Shown here piece after piece: positions 1-4,481 of a stretch of 4,481 nucleotides of DNA (positions are counted from its first letter, which is position 1; the number at the start of each line of letters is the position of its first letter). Position numbers and translations under genes: made by a program. A model generated the notes under the pieces. The model saw nothing but the letters and a program-made list of their open reading frames with translations, did not search any database and was not told where the DNA came from. This stretch comes from a virus (Duplodnaviria > Heunggongvirae > Uroviricota > Caudoviricetes), in the IMG/VR virus record IMGVR_UViG_2703719367_000015; one strand, given 5' to 3'.

Positions 1-17
1 CGGGCGCTGCAGGGTAA
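1..17 (+). CDS. 3' end of an upstream gene, probably the major tail tube protein (V-like); partial, only 5 codons visible
   Basis: Frame-3 reading (codons from nt 3) ends at TAA 15-17, leaving a 13-nt spacer before the G start, similar to the V-G spacing I recall in lambda. Too short to identify from sequence; the call is based on gene order only. Confidence 0.3.
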
Positions 18-19
18 AC

Positions 20-25
20 GGAGGT
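20..25 (+). promoter_or_regulatory. Shine-Dalgarno sequence (GGAGGT) for G
   Basis: GGAGGT at 20-25, 5 nt upstream of the ATG at 31. Confidence 0.6.
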
Positions 26-30
26 AATAC

Positions 31-453
31 ATGTTTCTGAAAACAGAACAATTTGAATATAACGGTGTGTCCGTCACGCTTTCCGAATTGTCTGCGCTGC
101 AGCGGTTTGATTATATAAAGTTTGTTTCAGACGCAGAACAACAGGAGACAACGAAGCATGATGTCGTGCACATTAACCAGCGATATCTGGAAACGGCATC
201 CCTGCTTGTGGCGATGTCGCTATGGCATTCCCATTCCCTCAAAGGCACTCTGGCCTCTCCGGAGACAGAGATGCAGCAGATCCGCCGTGAAGTGATGCTG
301 GGATGGCCTGCTGATGCACTGAATCAGGCAACGAACCGGGTGCTTTATCTTTCAGGTATGCTGGATAACCGGCACGATGCCGATCCTGAACAAACCGGTA
401 AAGCAGAAGCGACTGAGTCGGTAACATCAAAAAAGCATTCGAAGGCGAGCTGA
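31..453 (+). CDS. G: Tail assembly chaperone G (lambda gpG family)
   Basis: 140-aa ORF with strong SD. N-terminus MFLKTEQFEYNGVSVTLSELSALQR and the internal ...LLVAMSLWH... motif match my recollection of lambda gpG. Sits immediately upstream of the T frame and contains the slippery heptamer near its 3' end. Stop TGA 451-453. Confidence 0.9.
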   Translation: MFLKTEQFEYNGVSVTLSELSALQRFDYIKFVSDAEQQETTKHDVVHINQRYLETASLLVAMSLWHSHSLKGTLASPETEMQQIRREVMLGWPADALNQATNRVLYLSGMLDNRHDADPEQTGKAEATESVTSKKHSKAS

Positions 454-893
454 ACTTTGTCCTGAAACTGGCGCGAGAGATGGGGAGACCCGACTGGCGC
501 GCCATGCTTGCCGGGATGACATCCACCGAATATGCCGACTGGCGACGTTTTTACTGCACGCATTATTTTCAGGATACCCAACTGGACGCTCATTTTTCCG
601 GGCTGATGTACGCCGTACTCAGCCTGTTTTTTGGCGATCCGGATATGCATCCGGCGGATTTCAGTCTGCTTGCTCCAGCGTGTGAGGAAGAGCAGACGGA
701 GATGCCGGACGAGGAAGAAATGCTGATGCAGAAAGCGACAGGAGTTGCCGGAGGCGTCCGGTTCGGAGGGGACGGAGGGCGCGATATTTCACCTTCTGCG
801 GATGTGGTGGATGTCAGCGAGGATGATGTTGCATTAATGATGGCTTCAGCGGGGATTTCCGGAGGTGTGAGATATGTCCCAGCCAGCGGGTGA
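31..893 (+). CDS. GT: Tail assembly chaperone G-T fusion, made by -1 frameshift (join 31..435, 435..893)
   Basis: Predicted junction reads ...ESVTSKK / AFEGELNFVLKLAREMGRPDWRAMLAGMTSTEYADWRRFY..., which matches the lambda gpGT junction and T portion as I recall them. The T frame has no SD or convincing start of its own. Stop TGA 891-893. Confidence 0.85.
429..435 (+). promoter_or_regulatory. Programmed -1 ribosomal frameshift slippery heptamer A AAA AAG (G to G-T recoding site)
   Basis: In the G frame the codons are tcA AAA AAG (430-432, 433-435). The -1 frame is open from 417 (after TGA 414-416) through 893, and G stops at 451-453, so this is the only X XXY YYZ heptamer inside the 417-453 overlap window. 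Confidence 0.8.
435..893 (+). CDS. T: T portion of the tail assembly chaperone (expressed only as the G-T fusion; automated callers would likely annotate it as 480..893 from the internal ATG)
   Basis: -1 frame relative to G; translation (...MGRPDWRAMLAGMTSTEYADWRRFYCTHYFQD...FSGLMYAVLSLFFGDPDMHPADFSLL...GGVRFG...GGVRY...) is lambda gpT-like with an acidic patch (EEEQTEMPDEEEM). Confidence 0.8.
   Translation, partial: AFEGELNFVLKLAREMGRPDWRAMLAGMTSTEYADWRRFYCTHYFQDTQLDAHFSGLMYAVLSLFFGDPDMHPADFSLLAPACEEEQTEMPDEEEMLMQKATGVAGGVRFGGDGGRDISPSADVVDVSEDDVALMMASAGISGGVRYVPASG
861..866 (+). promoter_or_regulatory. Shine-Dalgarno sequence (GGAGGT) for H
   Basis: GGAGGT at 861-866, 7 nt upstream of the ATG at 874; lies inside the 3' end of the T frame. 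Confidence 0.6.
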
Positions 894-3375
894 TCTGGTT
901 ATTGATTTGAGTCTGGATGCGGCCCGGTTTGATGAACAGATGGCCCGGGTACGCCGTCATTTTTCCAGTCTGGAGGCGGATGCCAGAAAAACCGCCAGTA
1001 CTGTTGAACAGGGGCTGAGCCGACAGGCGCTGGCGGCACAAAAAGCCGGGATATCAGTCGGACAGTATAAGGCTGCCATGCGCACACTGCCCGCACAGTT
1101 CACGGATATTGTCACTCAGCTTGCCGGTGGTCAGAATCCCTTCCTTATCATGCTGCAGCAGGGGGGGCAGATCAGCGATTCATTCGGTGGACCGCTCAGC
1201 CTGCTTACCCTGCTGAAGGAGGAACTTCTCGGGATCAGGGATGCCTCTGAATCATCAGAGGAGTCGCTGTCAGATACGGCAAATGCACTGGCTGAAAATG
1301 CCCGGAATGCCGGTGAGCTGGGACGATTTATGTCGGTGGCCCGTGTGGCGGCAGGTGGCGGGGTTGCCGTACTGGCCGCGCTTGCTGCCGCCGCCTGGCA
1401 GGCAGAGCAGGCTGACCGGGCCTTATTGCGTTCACTGATCCTGACCGGAGGGGCGGCTGCCACCACAACGGCAGAATTGTGGAAAATGGCCGGGGTGATC
1501 AGCGATGAAGCCGGTGGTGGTATCAGACAGGCGGCAGAAAATCTGGCCCGTCTGGCAGAAAGCGGGAAATATACCGCCGGGCAGCTACGGATCATGGGGG
1601 AAACCTCTCAGAGATGGCTGCAGACGGTGGGGGACGATGCCGGGAAGGTGGAAAAAGCCTTTGAAGGGATTGCAGCAGATCCGGTGAAGGCGCTGGCCTC
1701 CCTGAATCAGCAGTATAACTTCCTGAGCGTTTCCCAGTTACGCCATATTGATGAGCTTGAGCGCACGAAAGGTAAACAGGTTGCGGTGACGGAGGCGATG
1801 TCCCTGTTTGCGGATGTCATGAATGCACGTCTGGAGCAACTTGATAAAGCGGCCACGCCGGTGGAAAAAATCTGGGACGATGTTAAAACCTGGACTTCTG
1901 ACGCATGGGCATGGATAGGTGATCATACACTGGGGGCACTCAGTCTGATCACTGACGTGGTGGCCGGAACCGTTGAACAAGTGAAGCTGCTGCTTGTGCA
2001 GGGGGATCTGGCGCTGGCTGAATTTATTCAGTCAGCCTGGGAAACGACAAAGAATGTGCCCGGCGTTGGTGCGTTGTTTGGTGAACTGGCAGAAGAGAAC
2101 CGCGTATTTATTGAGAAAACAAAACGCGATGAACTGGCGCTGAGAAAATCCATTGCGGAACGGGATGCGCGTATACGCCAGGGGGAAATGGGGTACATCA
2201 ACCGCTCGCGTGCAACAGGCGTCAGCAAAGGTCCGGGGCAGCAGGAAGCCGTCAGCCGTCTGGCTGAAGAGCTGACAGGTAAAAAGCATACATCACCGAA
2301 AACGCGCTCTGCCGGGGAGAGGGAAGAGGAGCAGGCAAGAGAGGCTCTGCTTGCCCTTGAAGCTGAGCTCAGGACGCTGGAAAAACACAGCGGTGCGAAT
2401 GAGAAAATCAGCCGGCAGCGCCGTGATTTATGGAAGGCGGAAAATCAGTATGCGGTCCTGAAAGAGGCTGCCACGAAACGGCAGTTATCTGAGCAGGAAA
2501 AATCCCTGCTGGCGCATAAAGACGAGACGCTGGAGTACAAACGCCAGCTGGCTGAGCTGGGAGACAAAGTTGAACACCAGAAACGCCTGAATGAGCTGGC
2601 ACAGCAGGCGGTGCGGTTTGAAGAGCAGCAGAGCGCGAAGCAGGCCGCCATCAGCGCAAAAGCCCGCGGTCTCACTGACCGTCAGGCGCAGCGGGAGTCT
2701 GAAGCGCAGCGTCTTCGGGACGTGTACGGTGATAATCCGGATGCGCTGGCGAAGGCCACATCNNNNNNNNNNNNNNNNNNNNNNNNNNNNNNNNNNNNNN
2801 NNNNNNNNNNNNNNNNNNNNNNNNNNNNNNNNNNNNNNNNNNNNNNNNNATTCACCCGTTCGGTGCTGTCCATGATGACAGAAATCCTGCTTAAACAGGC
2901 CATGGTGGGCATTGTCGGGCGTATCGGCAGCGCCATTGGCGGTGCTTTCGGTGGTGGTGCATCTGCTTCCTCGGGGACGGCCATTCAGGCTGCGGCGGCG
3001 AACTTCCATTTCGCGACCGGAGGATTTACGGGGACGGGCGGCAAATATGAGCCTGCGGGGATAGTTCACCGCGGGGAGTTTGTTTTCACGAAAGAGGCAA
3101 CCAGCCGGATAGGTGTGGGGAATCTTTACCGTCTGATGCGCGGCTATGCGGAAGGTGGTTATGTGGGTGGTGCCGGAAGTCCGGCGCAGATGCGGCGGGC
3201 GGAAGGTATTAATTTTAATCAGAACAATCACGTGGTGATTCAGAACGACGGCACCAACGGACAGGCGGGGCCGCAGCTGATGAAGGCGGTGTATGACATG
3301 GCCCGCAAGGGGGCGCAGGATGAGCTCCGGCTGCAGTTGCGTGATGGCGGTATGTTATCGGGGAGCGGGCGATGA
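874..3375 (+). CDS. H: Tail tape measure protein (lambda gpH family); interrupted by an in-frame masked segment
   Basis: 834-codon ORF (833 aa). N-terminus (MSQPAGDLVIDLSLDAARFDEQMARVRRHF...QALAAQKAGISVGQYKAAMR) and C-terminal third (ALLALEAELRTLEKHSGANEKISRQRRDLWKAE...SVLSMMTEILLKQAMVGIVG...FHFATGGFTGTGGKYEPAGIVHRGEFVFTKEA...) closely match lambda gpH as I recall it. Has the hydrophobic segment, long coiled-coil-like charged region and glycine-rich C-terminal region typical of tape measure proteins. Start overlaps the T stop by 20 nt. Stop TGA 3373-3375. Confidence 0.92.
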   Translation: MSQPAGDLVIDLSLDAARFDEQMARVRRHFSSLEADARKTASTVEQGLSRQALAAQKAGISVGQYKAAMRTLPAQFTDIVTQLAGGQNPFLIMLQQGGQISDSFGGPLSLLTLLKEELLGIRDASESSEESLSDTANALAENARNAGELGRFMSVARVAAGGGVAVLAALAAAAWQAEQADRALLRSLILTGGAAATTTAELWKMAGVISDEAGGGIRQAAENLARLAESGKYTAGQLRIMGETSQRWLQTVGDDAGKVEKAFEGIAADPVKALASLNQQYNFLSVSQLRHIDELERTKGKQVAVTEAMSLFADVMNARLEQLDKAATPVEKIWDDVKTWTSDAWAWIGDHTLGALSLITDVVAGTVEQVKLLLVQGDLALAEFIQSAWETTKNVPGVGALFGELAEENRVFIEKTKRDELALRKSIAERDARIRQGEMGYINRSRATGVSKGPGQQEAVSRLAEELTGKKHTSPKTRSAGEREEEQAREALLALEAELRTLEKHSGANEKISRQRRDLWKAENQYAVLKEAATKRQLSEQEKSLLAHKDETLEYKRQLAELGDKVEHQKRLNELAQQAVRFEEQQSAKQAAISAKARGLTDRQAQRESEAQRLRDVYGDNPDALAKATXXXXXXXXXXXXXXXXXXXXXXXXXXXXXXFTRSVLSMMTEILLKQAMVGIVGRIGSAIGGAFGGGASASSGTAIQAAAANFHFATGGFTGTGGKYEPAGIVHRGEFVFTKEATSRIGVGNLYRLMRGYAEGGYVGGAGSPAQMRRAEGINFNQNNHVVIQNDGTNGQAGPQLMKAVYDMARKGAQDELRLQLRDGGMLSGSGR
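2763..2849. other. Run of 87 N (masked or unresolved sequence) inside H
   Basis: Directly visible. 87 = 29 x 3, and the H reading frame is continuous across it (30 X codons in the ORF track). Confidence 0.99.
3361..3365 (+). promoter_or_regulatory. Shine-Dalgarno sequence (GGGAG) for M
   Basis: GGGAG at 3361-3365, 6 nt upstream of the ATG at 3372; embedded in the 3' end of H. Confidence 0.55.
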
Positions 3376-3701
3376 AAACCTTTCGCTGGAAAGTGAAGCC
3401 GGATATGGAGGTGAACTCGCAGCCATCGGTGCGTGAAGTGCGTTTTGGTGACGGGTACTCACAGCGTATGGCGGCAGGGCTGAATGCTGACCTGAAAACA
3501 TACCGTGTGACGCTTTCCGTGACCCGGGAGGAGGCCCGGCATCTGGAAGCGTTCCTGGCAGAGCACGGAGGCTGGAAGGCATTTTTGTGGAAGCCACCCT
3601 ATGCATACCGGCAGATAAAGGTGACCTGTGCCGGGTGGTCTGCGCGGGTCGGGATGTTGCGCGTTGAGTTCAGCGCGGAGTTTAAGCAGGTGGTGAACTG
3701 A
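3372..3701 (+). CDS. M: Minor tail protein M (lambda gpM family)
   Basis: 109-aa ORF. MKTFRWKVKP...VRFGDGYSQR...LKTYRVTLSV...FLWKPPY...RQIKVTCAGWSARVGMLRVEFSAEFKQVVN matches lambda gpM in length and sequence as recalled. ATGA overlap with the H stop. Confidence 0.93.
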   Translation: MKTFRWKVKPDMEVNSQPSVREVRFGDGYSQRMAAGLNADLKTYRVTLSVTREEARHLEAFLAEHGGWKAFLWKPPYAYRQIKVTCAGWSARVGMLRVEFSAEFKQVVN

Positions 3702-4399
3702 TGCAGGATATTCACGAAGAAAGTCTGAACGAGTCGGTTAAATCAGAGCAGTCACCGCGGGTGGTACTCTGGGAAATCGACCTGACGGCGCAGGGCGGTG
3801 AGCGGTATTTTTTCTGCAATGAGCTGAATGAAAAAGGGGAGGCGGTTACCTGGCAGGGGCGGCAATATCAGGCATACCCGATTGACGGCAGTGGCTTTGA
3901 GATGAACGGGAAGGGCAGCAGTGCCAGACCGTCGCTGACGGTGTCGAATCTGTTTGGTCTGGTCACCGGGATGGCGGAGGACCTGCAGAGCCTGGTGGGG
4001 GCCACGGTGGTCCGCCGCCGGGTGTATGCCCGTTTTCTGGATGCGGTGAATTTTGTGGCAGGCAATCCTGAGGCAGACCCTGAGCAGGAGCTGACGGACC
4101 GGTGGGTGGTGGAGCAGATGTCATCGCTGACGGCCATGACGGCCTCGTTTGTGCTGGCCACACCGACGGAGACGGACGGAGCGCTGTTTCCCGGTCGCAT
4201 TATGCTGGCGAATACCTGTATGTGGACCTACCGCTCTGATGAGTGTGGTTACACGGGCGGGGCAGTGGCGGATGAGTTCGACAACCCCACCACGGATATC
4301 CGTAAGGACAGATGCAGCAAGTGCATGCGCGGGTGTGAGATGCGCAGCATGGTGGCTAATTTTGGCGGTTTCCTTTCCATTAATAAACTTTCGCAGTAA
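3701..4399 (+). CDS. L: Minor tail protein L (lambda gpL family; tail tip complex protein with a C-terminal cysteine cluster)
   Basis: 232-aa ORF. MQDIHEESLNE...VVLWEIDLTAQGGERYFFCNE...VTWQGRQYQAYPIDGSGFEMNGKG...FPGRIMLANTCMWTYRSDECGY...CSKCMRGC...NFGGFLSINKLSQ matches lambda gpL as recalled, with the same length. TGATG overlap with the M stop. Stop TAA 4397-4399. Confidence 0.93.
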   Translation: MQDIHEESLNESVKSEQSPRVVLWEIDLTAQGGERYFFCNELNEKGEAVTWQGRQYQAYPIDGSGFEMNGKGSSARPSLTVSNLFGLVTGMAEDLQSLVGATVVRRRVYARFLDAVNFVAGNPEADPEQELTDRWVVEQMSSLTAMTASFVLATPTETDGALFPGRIMLANTCMWTYRSDECGYTGGAVADEFDNPTTDIRKDRCSKCMRGCEMRSMVANFGGFLSINKLSQ

Positions 4400-4409
4400 A
4401 TCCCGGTTT

Positions 4410-4481
4410 ATGACACAGACTGAATCAGCGATTCTGGCGCATGCCCGGCGGTGTGCGCCTGCGGAGTCGTGCGGCTTCGTG
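4410..4481 (+). CDS. K: Tail tip assembly protein K (lambda gpK family); 5' partial, first 24 codons only, continues beyond the window
   Basis: ATG at 4410, 10 nt after the L stop. Translation MTQTESAILAHARRCAPAESCGFV matches the N-terminus of lambda gpK as I recall it. Not in the ORF track because it is truncated by the window end. Confidence 0.8.
   Translation, partial: MTQTESAILAHARRCAPAESCGFV

Noticed and set aside
467-503. Direct repeat ACTGGCGCG (467-475 and 493-501) and palindrome GGCGCGCC (496-503), able to form a 6-bp GC stem with 470-475, as a possible frameshift-stimulating structure
   Set aside because: It begins about 35 nt downstream of the slippery heptamer, too far for a canonical stimulatory hairpin or pseudoknot (usually 5-9 nt), and it lies after the G stop codon. 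Probably coincidental in GC-rich coding sequence.
239-650. Minus-strand ORFs (239..526 and 345..650) antisense to G and T
   Set aside because: Overlap confidently identified G and G-T coding sequence, have no SD and no recognisable protein features.
480-893. T as an independently initiated CDS from the ATG at 480
   Set aside because: No SD upstream of 480, and the T frame is open from 417 across the slippery site. In lambda, T is made only as the G-T fusion by -1 frameshifting, so the fusion model is preferred.
1131-1595. 154-aa ORF on the minus strand, antisense to H
   Set aside because: Ala/Ser/Pro-rich translation mirroring the Gly/Ala-rich hydrophobic segment of H; no start context; wholly embedded in H.
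1241-2875. Short +-strand ORFs in alternative frames inside H (1241..1438, 1505..1687, 2591..2875)
   Set aside because: Out of frame with H, short, Arg/Trp/Pro-rich, with no RBS; the last is partly made of N-run X codons.
2485-3231. 248-aa ORF on the minus strand, antisense to H
   Set aside because: Lies entirely within the well-supported H gene, spans the N run, and translates to Arg/Pro/His-rich low-complexity sequence with no recognisable motif or RBS. This is a typical spurious antisense ORF in GC-rich coding DNA.
3868-4200. Minus-strand ORFs (3868..4200 and 3963..4163) antisense to L
   Set aside because: Embedded in L; Pro/Ser/Ala-rich low-complexity translations typical of antisense frames of GC-rich genes.
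1-4481. CRISPR arrays, tRNA or rRNA genes, insertion-sequence inverted repeats, att sites
   Set aside because: No regularly spaced repeats, no cloverleaf-like segments and no non-coding stretches long enough to hold them; the window is essentially 100 percent coding on the + strand.

Overview
This window reads as the tail-assembly module of a lambda-like (lambdoid) siphovirus or prophage, most likely from an enterobacterial host. All genes are on the + strand and tightly packed, in the canonical order: a 17-nt 3' end of an upstream gene (probably the major tail protein), G (tail assembly chaperone), the G-T programmed -1 frameshift product, H (tape measure protein, 833 codons, interrupted by an 87-nt run of N), M, L, and the first 24 codons of K. 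Gene identities rest on my recollection of the phage lambda gpG, gpT, gpH, gpM, gpL and gpK sequences plus the conserved gene order; no search was run. There are no tRNA or rRNA genes, CRISPR arrays, insertion sequences or intergenic gaps large enough to hold an accessory gene. I do not see evidence of a novel or undescribed system here; the most notable points are the frameshift site (A AAA AAG rather than lambda's G GGA AAG), the masked segment inside H, and the apparently mosaic central part of H.
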